In this document: positions 36,763 to 47,002 of the stretch, in pieces
Position numbering within the stretch: position 1 is the stretch's first letter
Layout of the letters: every line of letters starts with the position of its first letter
Source of the DNA: an uncultured Dorea sp.
Lineage (GTDB): Bacteria; Bacillota; Clostridia; Lachnospirales; Lachnospiraceae
Direction of reading: 5' to 3'
NCBI GenBank assembly: GCA_949916155.1
Contig: CATLEM010000001.1
Coordinates: 1-60,446, forward strand
Length of the DNA stretch: 60,446 nt
Notes under the pieces: model-generated
The model's input: only the letters and a program-made list of their open reading frames with translations
Database searches by the model: none
What the model was told of the DNA's origin: nothing
Translations under genes and position numbers: made by a program

Positions 36763-37938
36763 TTATCTGTCTGACAGCCTGCCGATAGATGGTGATAGAT
36801 GAAAAAATTCTTCACAGGCCTTTATACTTTCCCCTGCCCGATCCTTAGTCTCAGCGCCCTTCCCCTGCACTGCACGGATCAGTATATTCTTTGGCGTATG
36901 TTCCATGTCGATAAATTCCAGCACTTGCACACGGTATCCCGCCCTCTCCAGATACTGCGCACGGAGACCGTCAGTGACAAGCGCCGCCATGCGTTCCTTG
37001 AGAATACCGTACTTCATCACCGGTTCAAGCGCCAGAAGGCGCTCGTCGCAGCACTCCTTCGCCCTTTTCATCTGCCCGTTCAGCTCATGCTGACAGCAGG
37101 GCACCGACAGGATAACTTTTGCCTTCCATCCTACCGCTTTCGCCAGTGCGTGATCCGTAGCTGTATCACAGGCATGGAGAGTCACTACCATGTCCACCTC
37201 ATCCGCACCGGTATAATCCGCGATATTTCCCTCTGAAAATGTGAGCTTCTCATAACCATACTTAACAGCAAGACTGCTGCAGTGACGGATAACCTCCGCC
37301 TTGAGATCCAGACCGGTTATGCGGATATCATATCCCTTAAGCTCGTGCAGATAATAATACATGGCAAAAGTCAGGTATGATTTGCCGCACCCGAAATCCA
37401 GTATCCTGATCTCCCGGTCCTTAGCAAGCTCCGGCAGCACATCCTCGATAAACTCAAGGAAACGGTTGATCTGCCGAAATTTGTCGAATCTGGAATGAAC
37501 GATCTTCCCCTCCGCCGTCATCACCCCAAGATCCACAAGGAACGGAACCTCACACCCCTCCTCAAGGATATAACTCTTTTTCCGGTTATGCGAAAGGACC
37601 TCTGCTGCCTTGGGCGAAGGATTTGTTTTTCTTTTAATCGTAACCTTCCCCTTCTTACTTACAAGCACTGTATACCGCGAAGCTTTGCTTTCCATCTGCA
37701 TCTGCCGGAAGTTCTCCATATATTCCGCAATCCTGCCCGCAGCTGCTTCTGCATCCAGATTCTCATGGAACGCCTGATTGTTCCGGAATACTTCTATTTG
37801 AAACATCAGACGTCCCTTTTTCCTCACCGGGCGCACTTTCGCTTTCACCGCTTTTGTCTTATCTTTTGGATTGCTTAAAACGGCAGATAAAAAATCCTTA
37901 TTCAGGTTTTCCTCTAAGATATGTATCAATTCATTCAT
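36763..37938 (-). CDS. Class I SAM-dependent methyltransferase (Methyltransf_32-like)
   Basis: ILDFGCGKSYLTF, LHACDTATD, VPCCQH, EHTPKN. Confidence 0.9.
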   Translation of the reverse strand: MNELIHILEENLNKDFLSAVLSNPKDKTKAVKAKVRPVRKKGRLMFQIEVFRNNQAFHENLDAEAAAGRIAEYMENFRQMQMESKASRYTVLVSKKGKVTIKRKTNPSPKAAEVLSHNRKKSYILEEGCEVPFLVDLGVMTAEGKIVHSRFDKFRQINRFLEFIEDVLPELAKDREIRILDFGCGKSYLTFAMYYYLHELKGYDIRITGLDLKAEVIRHCSSLAVKYGYEKLTFSEGNIADYTGADEVDMVVTLHACDTATDHALAKAVGWKAKVILSVPCCQHELNGQMKRAKECCDERLLALEPVMKYGILKERMAALVTDGLRAQYLERAGYRVQVLEFIDMEHTPKNILIRAVQGKGAETKDRAGESIKACEEFFHLSPSIGRLSDR

Positions 37939-37967
37939 ATTTCCTGACCACCCGGTTCATTTTTTGC

Positions 37968-39863
37968 TTATTTTATCTTAATCGTCACGGACTTCTTCTT
38001 ATTGCTTCCGTCCACAGCCTTTACCGTAATCTTTACTTTCTTGCCTTTTCCGGCCTTATATGCGGTCACCTTGCCTGAGCCGCTTACCTTTGCGTACTTC
38101 TTGTTGCTGCTTTCCCATGCCACTTTCTTGTTCGCACCCTTGCCTGCCGTGACTTTCGCCTTAAGCTTCAGGCTCTTCCCTGCCGCTACCTGCTTCTTTC
38201 CGGAAACGGCTATCTTCTTGACTGCGCCTTTCATACTTTTAATCTTGAACACAGCCTTTTTCCCGCTTCCGTCCAACGCTGCAGCCGTAATCGTCACAGA
38301 CTTCCCGCCGGAATTTTTCTTCATCGTGACAACCCCGTCCTTGCTGACCGCCGCCACCTTCGGATTGCTGGACTTCCACTCGACTCCTTTATTCGCAGCG
38401 TTAGCCGGCTGTATATCCAGCGTAAGCTTTATCTTCTTACCTGCCGCGATCTGCTTTGACACACCGGTGATCTTCAATTTTTCCATCTTTAACGAAGAGG
38501 TAATTGGCGGTGTAGTCGCAGATGAAGATTGCCGGACTTTTTGAATCAGCAGACTGTCAGAACCTGCTGCGATATTCCTGACCCTTGTTCCGTCTGATGT
38601 CTGCCACTTATATCCTTCTCCCGCTGTCGGCAAGCTAATTGATGACTTTCGGTTACGGGGTGTTTGGATATAGGTCAGGCTGCTGCATCCCTGCAATAAA
38701 GCCGTAACGCCATCCTCAATACATGCATTGCCTATATCAAAACTGCCGAGATCTAAGCTTGTCAGACTTCCGCATTCGCTGAACATACTGCCAAAATCCT
38801 CAACCTTGCTTGTATTAAAACTTCTTAAATCTACCTTTTTTAACTTATGGCAATTTAAAAACATACAGTCCATATTGGTGACCTTGCTTGTGTCAAAACT
38901 TCTTAAATCAAGCTCTGTCAGACTGTAGCACTGATTAAACATCTGTTCCATATTGGTAACATTTCCTGTCTTAAAGCCGCTTAAATCCAGCCCGTCCACG
39001 CTGTGACACATCACAAACATTCGGCTCATATCGGTAACATTTTGAGAGTTAAGATTTCCAAATTTTATGCTTTTTAGATTTCTGCACTCTTCAAACATAC
39101 TGCTCATATCAATAACATTGCCGGCACTAAAGCTGCTGAGATCTAAACTTGTCAGATTTTCACAGCGATGGAACATTAGTCTCATACTTTCGACACTGCT
39201 AGTATCAAAGCTTGTTAAATCAAGCTCCTTCGCACTGCAATCCGTAAACATTTGTGTCATATTTGTAATCATACGGGTATTAAATTTATTTCCGAATTTT
39301 ATGCTTTCCGCTTTGCATCCATAAAACATATGGTTCATATTTGTGACATTACTGGTATCAAAGCCGCTAAGATCAAGGTTTTTACCATTACATTCCCGGA
39401 ACATATCGTGCATATCCGTAACATTACTGGTATCAAAACCGCTTAAATCCAGGCTTTCCAAACTGCCGCACTCATAGAACATAGTACTCATATCCGTAAC
39501 CTGGCTGGTATCAAGATTTTTCCATGTCACACTTTTTAAATTTTCACACCCGCTAAAAAAGCCGGATGTTTTTGTCAGCCCTTGTATATCTATCTCAGCA
39601 GACAATATCTTATCCCTATTCCCATAAAGCCATGGCGCCGTATTCCATGTATAGCCGGTGACATCACCCTCTGCCGTCAGCTTTCCATTACTGTCTATCC
39701 TCCAGGTCATCTTACTTCCCGCTGCCGTCCCGCTGGCAATATCCCCCTCCGCCGCTGCCGTCCCGCTGGCAATATCCCCCTCCGCCGCAGACGCCCTCAT
39801 CGGCATTGCCGCTAAAAATCCTGCCACGATAAGCATTAACAACATTCCTTTACCTTTTTTCAT
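37968..39863 (-). CDS. BspA-like surface protein with DUF285 leucine-rich repeats and two Ig-like (Big_2) domains
   Basis: Signal peptide; ~10 repeats LDLSxFDTSxVTDMxxMFxxC; WKSSNPKVAAV and WESSNKKYAKV. Confidence 0.9.
   Translation of the reverse strand: MKKGKGMLLMLIVAGFLAAMPMRASAAEGDIASGTAAAEGDIASGTAAGSKMTWRIDSNGKLTAEGDVTGYTWNTAPWLYGNRDKILSAEIDIQGLTKTSGFFSGCENLKSVTWKNLDTSQVTDMSTMFYECGSLESLDLSGFDTSNVTDMHDMFRECNGKNLDLSGFDTSNVTNMNHMFYGCKAESIKFGNKFNTRMITNMTQMFTDCSAKELDLTSFDTSSVESMRLMFHRCENLTSLDLSSFSAGNVIDMSSMFEECRNLKSIKFGNLNSQNVTDMSRMFVMCHSVDGLDLSGFKTGNVTNMEQMFNQCYSLTELDLRSFDTSKVTNMDCMFLNCHKLKKVDLRSFNTSKVEDFGSMFSECGSLTSLDLGSFDIGNACIEDGVTALLQGCSSLTYIQTPRNRKSSISLPTAGEGYKWQTSDGTRVRNIAAGSDSLLIQKVRQSSSATTPPITSSLKMEKLKITGVSKQIAAGKKIKLTLDIQPANAANKGVEWKSSNPKVAAVSKDGVVTMKKNSGGKSVTITAAALDGSGKKAVFKIKSMKGAVKKIAVSGKKQVAAGKSLKLKAKVTAGKGANKKVAWESSNKKYAKVSGSGKVTAYKAGKGKKVKITVKAVDGSNKKKSVTIKIK
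39721..39786 (-). repeat. Perfect 33-bp tandem duplication in the BspA-like gene
   Basis: GCTGCCGTCCCGCTGGCAATATCCCCCTCCGCC occurs twice, encoding AEGDIASGTAA x2. Confidence 0.92.
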
Positions 39864-40102
39864 AAACTTTTCTCCTTTTCTTGAAAAACCTCCAGTATCT
39901 GTATAAAATAAGTTTATCCTATCCTACAACTGGTGTCAATGACAAGGACTTTATACTTTTGCACAGAAAACAGCGCAGATAATCACAAAAATTCTATGCA
40001 GCATATACTGAACAGACAGGACGATAGTGCTATAATAAGCATCATGGGGCATGATATTTTTTACCCCCGACGCTATAATGCAGCAGAAAGCAGGTAATCA
40101 TT

Positions 40103-40912
40103 GTGGATAAATTAGACATAAAACTATGGACACTCGCGGCAAGAGGACAGATCGTCCCTGACCGCTCTCTCTTAAAGACTCCGGCGCAGATCAAAAAGAT
40201 CAAAAAAAGCGCCGCCTTAAATACTGCGGTGCTCGACCACGTGGCCGAACATATCCATGCGGGTATGAATACAGAAGAGATCGACAGGCTTGTCTACGGC
40301 TTCACCACCAGGCACGGAGGGATTCCCGCTCCGCTCCACTATCAGGGATTCCCGAAGAGCGTGTGCACCTCGATCAACAACGTCATCTGCCACGGCATCC
40401 CGGACAAATACGAATTTCTGGAAGAAGGGGATATTGTGAACGTAGATGTCTCAACTATCCTTGACGGCTATTACTCCGACGCCTCCCGGATGTTCATGAT
40501 CGGAGAACCTTCCCCCGAAGCGAAGCAGCTTGTGCGCGTGTCGAGAGAATGTGTCGAGCTTGGGCTCAAGGCCGCCAGGCCCTGGGGGCACTTAGGCGAT
40601 ATCGCTTACGCGATCAATACCCACGCCCAGCGGCACGGCTACTCGGTGGTGGAAGATATCGGCGGCCACGGCATCGGCCTTGAATTTCACGAAGAGCCCT
40701 TTGTCAGCTATGTCACCCCAAAGGGCAGCGAGATGGTGCTTGTGCCGGGCATGATGTTCACCATCGAACCGATGATCAATGAGGGCAGTCCTGATTTCTT
40801 CGTAGACGAGGACAACGGCTGGACGGTATACACTATCGACGACGGTCTGTCTGCCCAGACAGAATACATGGTTCTTGTAACCGAACACGGTATCGAAGTA
40901 TTGTCCAGATAA
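40103..40912 (+). CDS. map: Methionine aminopeptidase type I
   Basis: FPKSVCTSINNVICHGIP, VNVDV, DASRM, GHGIG..FHEEP, FTIEPMIN, SAQTE. Confidence 0.96.
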   Translation: MDKLDIKLWTLAARGQIVPDRSLLKTPAQIKKIKKSAALNTAVLDHVAEHIHAGMNTEEIDRLVYGFTTRHGGIPAPLHYQGFPKSVCTSINNVICHGIPDKYEFLEEGDIVNVDVSTILDGYYSDASRMFMIGEPSPEAKQLVRVSRECVELGLKAARPWGHLGDIAYAINTHAQRHGYSVVEDIGGHGIGLEFHEEPFVSYVTPKGSEMVLVPGMMFTIEPMINEGSPDFFVDEDNGWTVYTIDDGLSAQTEYMVLVTEHGIEVLSR

Positions 40913-40918
40913 AAAATG

Positions 40919-40955
40919 ACAGTTCAGCCGTTTCAAATGGCTGAACTGTTTTATT
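40919..40955 (+). terminator. Intrinsic terminator after map
   Basis: ACAGTTCAGCC-GTTTCAAAT-GGCTGAACTGT followed by TTTATT. Confidence 0.8.
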
Positions 40956-40991
40956 ATCCTATAACCTTATCGGACGAAGTCCGCCCGTCCT

Positions 40992-43058
40992 TCAAGGGCA
41001 TGGATTGCTGGATGCCCGGTTGGGTATGCTTTCCACTACAAGCGCAGACTGCGCTCCCATATTTACTACCAATTCTCCGCCCCGCACCAGGTACACATCG
41101 CGGGAAACAGTATATCCCTTTACATAGGAGTACATAAGCCTCTGCATCTCCCCCCGCATCGGCACCCCGATCCTCCAGACAGGCACTGTCACTTCTACAA
41201 AATCACTGTGGTTATTGATGATCACGACAACCTGCTCATCTTCCGTAAAACGTCCGTAGGCAAGCACATTATTCTCTCCCAGCAAAAGCTGTATGGAACC
41301 ATTGCGCAGCGCATGGCTGTTCTTATGGACCCTTATAATATCCCGGTGAAAAGCGATAAGCTCCTTATTCTCATGCCCCCACGGGTAAGTACGCCGGTTA
41401 TCCGGATCAGTGAACCCGCACACACCGGCCTCGTCTCCGTAATAGACTGTCGGTGCTCCGATCCATGTCATCTGCATAACGACCGCTTCCCGCATGACTG
41501 CGAGATTCACATATTCTTCCGCCGCCTCCGGCCCTTTTTCTGCCACTCTTCCCACAACATGGTTTGTTCTGGTCAGGAATCTGGAATGGTCATGATTCGA
41601 CAGTTCATTCATCGCCACCTCCAGTGAAGGAGTGAGCATCCTGGACATGTAATGGTTCATAGAGCTTTGAAAATACTCTGCATTGCCGAGAAGATCCTCA
41701 TTCCGCTCGTCGCTGTGCTTCTCCATCCCGGTGAGAAACCAGGTGACCGGCTCCATAAACGCGTCATAATTCATCACGCTGTCCCACTCATCTCCCTGCA
41801 GCCAGCTGCTTGGATCCCCATAATGCTCTGCCAGTATCAATGCGTCAGGGTTCGCTTCCTTGACCGCTTTTCGGAATTTCTTCCAGAACTCATGATTATA
41901 TTCGCCGCTGTGCCCGAGATCAGCCGCCACATCCAGACGCCACCCGTCCGCATTATACGGCGGAGACACCCATTTTTTCCCGACTTTTATAATATACTCT
42001 TCAAGCTCCTTCGAGCCTTCATAATTAAGCTTTGGCAGTGTATCATGGCTCCACCAGCCGTCGTAACTCCGGTTATAAGGCCATTTCTCATCCCCATCCT
42101 CACGGAAGTCAAAATAATCACGGTAAGGACTATCTGCGCTGATATAAGCGCCCGGCTCATACTCTTTTTGGCCTTCGTAGATCCGCTCTCTGTCCATCCA
42201 TTTATTGAAAGAACCGCAGTGATTGAATACTCCGTCAAGGATCACCTTCATGCCTCTGCGGTGAATCTCCTCCACAAGCCTGACAAACAGCTCATTGCTC
42301 GCTTCTAAGTTCTCAAGGCTGGCAACCCGCTTTTGATATTTTGTAGCATGGGAATTATCCCTGTCGCCGTCCGCCAGCACTTCTCCTCCGTCATCTACGA
42401 TCACGCCGAAATGCGGGTCTATATAATCATAATCCTGAATATCATATTTGTGGTTGGAAGGCGACACGAACAGCGGATTGAAGTAGAGCACCTCAACCCC
42501 CAGATCCTGCAGATAATCCAGTTTATCCATGACACCCTGAAGGTCGCCACCGTAAAACTCCCGGACACCCATTGTAGCCGGATATTTGTTCCAGTCAGTC
42601 ACCTTCCGGCTGTAATCTCCGATATAAAAATACTCGTTGGTCTCTACATCGTTGGACGAATCGCCGTTGCAGAACCGGTCTGTATAGATCTGATACATGA
42701 CAGCGCCCCTGGCCCATTCGGGCGCAGAAAACCCCGGGACGATCTTGAAGTCATAAAGACAGGAGCGGACATCAGACACGCCGCACCGGTTATAATAACA
42801 CACCTGCTCTTTATCTGATATTTCAAAACAATAGCTGAACGGCTCCTCGCCAAGCTTCCAGTCGATCGAGTAATAGTCAAACTCTCCTTCAACTGATTGT
42901 TTTCTCACGGTATATCTGTCTTCTCCCGTGACAAGACGGACACGCACCGCATCCTCCCTGGCTGTTCGGAACCTTAATGTCACTATCTGATTGCGATCCG
43001 GCTCCTGAGGTGATACATACCACCTGGTGCCATCGCAAAACAATGCCTGCTTATTCAT
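40992..43058 (-). CDS. GH13 neopullulanase/cyclomaltodextrinase family enzyme
   Basis: YQIYTDRF, GGDLQG, SNHKYD, DGVFNH, DGWRLDVA, AEH, SNHDHSR, YYGDE, DPDNRR. Confidence 0.93.
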   Translation of the reverse strand: MNKQALFCDGTRWYVSPQEPDRNQIVTLRFRTAREDAVRVRLVTGEDRYTVRKQSVEGEFDYYSIDWKLGEEPFSYCFEISDKEQVCYYNRCGVSDVRSCLYDFKIVPGFSAPEWARGAVMYQIYTDRFCNGDSSNDVETNEYFYIGDYSRKVTDWNKYPATMGVREFYGGDLQGVMDKLDYLQDLGVEVLYFNPLFVSPSNHKYDIQDYDYIDPHFGVIVDDGGEVLADGDRDNSHATKYQKRVASLENLEASNELFVRLVEEIHRRGMKVILDGVFNHCGSFNKWMDRERIYEGQKEYEPGAYISADSPYRDYFDFREDGDEKWPYNRSYDGWWSHDTLPKLNYEGSKELEEYIIKVGKKWVSPPYNADGWRLDVAADLGHSGEYNHEFWKKFRKAVKEANPDALILAEHYGDPSSWLQGDEWDSVMNYDAFMEPVTWFLTGMEKHSDERNEDLLGNAEYFQSSMNHYMSRMLTPSLEVAMNELSNHDHSRFLTRTNHVVGRVAEKGPEAAEEYVNLAVMREAVVMQMTWIGAPTVYYGDEAGVCGFTDPDNRRTYPWGHENKELIAFHRDIIRVHKNSHALRNGSIQLLLGENNVLAYGRFTEDEQVVVIINNHSDFVEVTVPVWRIGVPMRGEMQRLMYSYVKGYTVSRDVYLVRGGELVVNMGAQSALVVESIPNRASSNPCP

Positions 43059-43089
43059 GTCTTCCCCGTCCTCTCAGTCACCTAAATTC

Positions 43090-44964
43090 TTATATCTGCA
43101 CCATTTCCCCCGTTTCTCCCGTGCCTTTCGGCGGAAACAACGCCTCAAACTCTTCTCTGGAAATCTTTTCTTTCTCTAAAAGAAGCGCCGCGCACGCATG
43201 GAGCACACTGTCATACTCCCGTATGATCGACTTGGCCTTAGAATAGCACTCATCAATAATGCGCTTTACTTCCTGATCGATGATCGTCGCGATACTCTCC
43301 CCGTATCCTCTGGACGCATGCGCAAGATCCCGCCCGATAAATACTTCGTCGCTGTCATTATCATAATTGACAAGTCCCACCGTCTCAGACATGCCGAACT
43401 TTGTCACCATAGACTTTGCAAGGCTGGTCGCCTGTTTGATATCCTGTGAAGCGCCTGTAGTGATATCGTCAAACACTTCCTCCTCTGCAACACGTCCTCC
43501 GAGAGATACGATGATATCCTGAAGCATCTTTCCCTTGGTATTGAACATCTCATCCTTCTCGGGAAGAGGCATCGTGTAGCCGCCCGCTCCGCCTGTCGGG
43601 ATGATGGATACACTGTAGACCGGACCTACATCCGGCAGTACATGGAACAGTATAGCATGGCCCGCCTCGTGGAACGCCGTGATCTTCTTCTCCTTGTCAG
43701 AGATAACACGGCTCTTTTTCTCCGCACCGATACCGACCTTGACAAATGCTTTTTTAATATCCTCCTGCACCAGAAATACACGGTTATCCTTAGCCGCAAG
43801 TATGGCTGCCTCGTTCAGAAGATTCTCAAGATCCGCACCGGTAAAGCCTGCCGTCGTCTGCGCGATCTGTTTCAGATCGATCTCTTCGCTCAAAGGCTTT
43901 CCCTTCGCATGGACAGCCAGTATCTCTTCCCTGCCCTGCACGTCCGGACGCCCCACCATAACCTTACGGTCGAATCTTCCGGGTCGCAGGATAGCCGGGT
44001 CTAAGATATCCACTCTGTTTGTCGCCGCCATAACGATAATACCTTCATTCACGCCAAAGCCGTCCATCTCCACCAGAAGCTGATTCAGCGTCTGCTCTCT
44101 CTCGTCATGTCCGCCGCCCATACCTGTACCTCTGCGGCGGGCAACCGCATCGATCTCATCGATAAATATGATACAAGGCGCATTCCTTTTCGCTTCCTCG
44201 AAAAGATCCCTTACACGAGAAGCACCGACACCTACGAACATCTCCACAAAATCAGATCCGGATATGGTAAAGAACGGTACTCCCGCCTCACCCGCTACTG
44301 CTTTGGCAAGCAGCGTCTTACCTGTTCCCGGAGGTCCTACAAGGATGACACCTTTGGGAATCCTTGCTCCCACCTGTATATATTTTTTCGGAGATTTTAA
44401 AAAGTCGACAATCTCCTCCAGTTCTTCCTTCTCTTCCTGAAGCCCCGCAACCTTCGCAAATGTCACATTATTATCTCCGTCCCTGCTCAGCTTCGCACGG
44501 CTCTTTCCGAAATTCATCGCCTTCGCGTTGGCATTTCCGCCCTGACGGTTCATCATGGCAAAGATCAGTGCGATCCCGCCGATCATCAGAAGCATCGGTA
44601 TGATCGTATTGGCAAACCAACTTTCCTGAGGAACATTGGACATAGTATAACTCTCTACGCCCGCCTCCTTAAGATACTTTTGGACTTCATTGACATCGGA
44701 GGCGTAAAGATACTTCACCTCCGTCTCTTTGCCGTCCTTTCCTCCCTTAAGCTCGATCTCCACCCGTCCGGTAGGTACATTCTTATTCTGCGAAATATGG
44801 ACAGACTTGATATTTCCCTCCGCGATCACTCTCTCGAACTGCTTCCAGTTCAGTTCACTGTCTCTTTGATCCATCTGATTTGTGAACCATAATGCTCCGA
44901 ATAAAAATAGTATGAATATCAGCACGCTGACGCCGCTGATTCCTCTGCTCCTTCTCTCGTTCAC
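43090..44964 (-). CDS. ftsH: ATP-dependent zinc metalloprotease FtsH
   Basis: Two TM helices, [27 protein letters not shown]. Confidence 0.98.
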   Translation of the reverse strand: MNERRSRGISGVSVLIFILFLFGALWFTNQMDQRDSELNWKQFERVIAEGNIKSVHISQNKNVPTGRVEIELKGGKDGKETEVKYLYASDVNEVQKYLKEAGVESYTMSNVPQESWFANTIIPMLLMIGGIALIFAMMNRQGGNANAKAMNFGKSRAKLSRDGDNNVTFAKVAGLQEEKEELEEIVDFLKSPKKYIQVGARIPKGVILVGPPGTGKTLLAKAVAGEAGVPFFTISGSDFVEMFVGVGASRVRDLFEEAKRNAPCIIFIDEIDAVARRRGTGMGGGHDEREQTLNQLLVEMDGFGVNEGIIVMAATNRVDILDPAILRPGRFDRKVMVGRPDVQGREEILAVHAKGKPLSEEIDLKQIAQTTAGFTGADLENLLNEAAILAAKDNRVFLVQEDIKKAFVKVGIGAEKKSRVISDKEKKITAFHEAGHAILFHVLPDVGPVYSVSIIPTGGAGGYTMPLPEKDEMFNTKGKMLQDIIVSLGGRVAEEEVFDDITTGASQDIKQATSLAKSMVTKFGMSETVGLVNYDNDSDEVFIGRDLAHASRGYGESIATIIDQEVKRIIDECYSKAKSIIREYDSVLHACAALLLEKEKISREEFEALFPPKGTGETGEMVQI

Positions 44965-44979
44965 CTCTTAAGCCTCCTT

Positions 44980-45507
44980 CTACTCAACACCTTCTACAAC
45001 ACCGATGTATGGTAGATTTCTATATTTTTGTGCGTAATCCAGCCCGTACCCGACAACAAACTCATCCGGAATCTCATATCCCACATAATCAACCTTCACA
45101 TCCCTGACCCTGCGTTCCGGCTTGTCAAGGAGCGTGCAGAGCCTGATGCTCCCCGGATTCCTCTTTTTCAGGATATCCATAAGATAATAAAGAGTCCTGC
45201 CGGAATCAATGATATCCTCTACGATGATCACATCTTTCCCCTCCAGAGGTTCGTCAAGATCTTTGGAAATCTTCACGCGGCCGCTAGAAGAAGTGCCGTC
45301 GCCGTAGCTGCTCACGCTCATAAAGTCCATGGAGACCGGCACCATAATCCTCTTCGCCAGTTCACACATGAAAAACACCCCGCCCTTTAAGATGCAGATC
45401 AGGTGTACCTGTCGCCCGGCATAATCCTCACTGATCTGTTTTCCAATCTCCTCAATCCTCCTGGCAGCTTCCGCTTCCGGAATCAACACTCTAACTGTCT
45501 CCGCCAT
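44980..45507 (-). CDS. hpt: Hypoxanthine phosphoribosyltransferase
   Basis: ILKGG, VEDIIDSGRT, FVVGYGLDY; tilS-hpt-ftsH synteny. Confidence 0.97.
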   Translation of the reverse strand: MAETVRVLIPEAEAARRIEEIGKQISEDYAGRQVHLICILKGGVFFMCELAKRIMVPVSMDFMSVSSYGDGTSSSGRVKISKDLDEPLEGKDVIIVEDIIDSGRTLYYLMDILKKRNPGSIRLCTLLDKPERRVRDVKVDYVGYEIPDEFVVGYGLDYAQKYRNLPYIGVVEGVE

Positions 45508-46848
45508 TCATTTCTCCTCCGTAAAACTAATCTCTAATATCCGTTTTGTATTCTCTGTAACCTGATATGCCTGGCTCTGCCGGTAACCCACTATCCACAT
45601 AATCTCTCGGCCGTCTGCCGCAAGCCAGATGTCTTCCCTTATCTCCCGAGGGATTTTGGCATTAATAAAGTACTGTTTAAGCTTCTGTCTCCTGCCCTCT
45701 TTATCTATCACAATATAGTCTCCAGGCTGGCGATGTCTGATTTTTACAGTATTGCTAATTATATCATAATCAAACCATTTCGTGTAGTTTTTTTGCGAAA
45801 ATGTTACGGATTCCTCATTTTTTTCAAAAATTCTCGTCCGAAATACCGATTTTTCCTCTTTATGGCCCTCCTTATCCTTCCATCTCAGGCAGATCCCCTC
45901 ATAGCTTCTGACCGCCTCAAGCCCCCGTGAAATATCCGCCTTCCGCCCGGTCTGGCGCTCCATAAGACTCTGCACTGCCTTCACATGAATATCTCCTATA
46001 TCCTTCCTTCTTCCCGCTGCCCTACAGATAATTTCATAGACCACCCCGGATTTCAATGCCGGAGGCACCTGCTCATACAGTTTTTTTACGATAATGATCT
46101 TTCCTTCTTCTTCCCTCGTGCATTGCCCTGCATACCTTGCCGTCTCCGCGCCGATATATTCTCCGATATCTGCAAGCCTTGCAGCGCACTCCGCGATATG
46201 GTCTACCGCTCTTTCATTAATATTCGCCTCCAGGTAAGGAATCACACGGTTACGGATCTTATTTCTTGTATAACTATCCTTCAGATTCGTCTCATCTGTA
46301 CAATAAGATATTCCGTTTTGCTTCAGATATGCTTCAATCTCTGCCCGCTCCAGACAGAGAAGCGGCCGAATCCAGACTCCGTTTTTCGGGGAGATACCGC
46401 TCATGCCTTTAATGCCTGTCCCCCTGCACAGATTGAAAAGAACTGTCTCCGCATTGTCATTCTTATGGTGCGCCAGCGCAATACAGGTCCCTCCCTGCGC
46501 CTCCATCACTTCTGAGAGACAGAGCCTACGCACTTCGCGCCCCGCCTCTTCTTCCGTAAACCGGCGCTCCTTTGCATACCTATGCACATCCTCATGGTAC
46601 ACGAAGAGTTCTACATTCTCCCGCGCGCAGACGCCGCGCACGAAAGCTTCATCTCTGTCCGCCGTCTCGCCTCTCAGGCCGTGATGGATATGCACCGCCG
46701 TAATCCCAATCCCTAAGTCCTCTCTGAGCTTTAACAGTATAAAAAGCAGACATATGGAATCTGCTCCTCCCGATACGCCTGCAATCACTTTATCCTCAGC
46801 CCCAAGCATCTGCCATGTTCTGATATACTCCCTGACTTTTTTATACAT
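45508..46848 (-). CDS. tilS: tRNA(Ile)-lysidine synthetase
   Basis: PP-loop VSGGADS, HHGLR, AHHKNDNAET, IRPLL, RNKIR. Confidence 0.96.
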   Translation of the reverse strand: MYKKVREYIRTWQMLGAEDKVIAGVSGGADSICLLFILLKLREDLGIGITAVHIHHGLRGETADRDEAFVRGVCARENVELFVYHEDVHRYAKERRFTEEEAGREVRRLCLSEVMEAQGGTCIALAHHKNDNAETVLFNLCRGTGIKGMSGISPKNGVWIRPLLCLERAEIEAYLKQNGISYCTDETNLKDSYTRNKIRNRVIPYLEANINERAVDHIAECAARLADIGEYIGAETARYAGQCTREEEGKIIIVKKLYEQVPPALKSGVVYEIICRAAGRRKDIGDIHVKAVQSLMERQTGRKADISRGLEAVRSYEGICLRWKDKEGHKEEKSVFRTRIFEKNEESVTFSQKNYTKWFDYDIISNTVKIRHRQPGDYIVIDKEGRRQKLKQYFINAKIPREIREDIWLAADGREIMWIVGYRQSQAYQVTENTKRILEISFTEEK

Positions 46849-47002
46849 TTTACCGACCTTTTTCTATAATGATGTTGGGTTCAAAAGCCCCCAACTATGA
46901 TACCCGCATCCCAAAGCCGTGCTTTTTATGCAAGCATGAAAAGCATGACCTTTTGACGCTTGTATCATATAATATATAGAATTTCCGGTCAAAATGCAAG
47001 CT

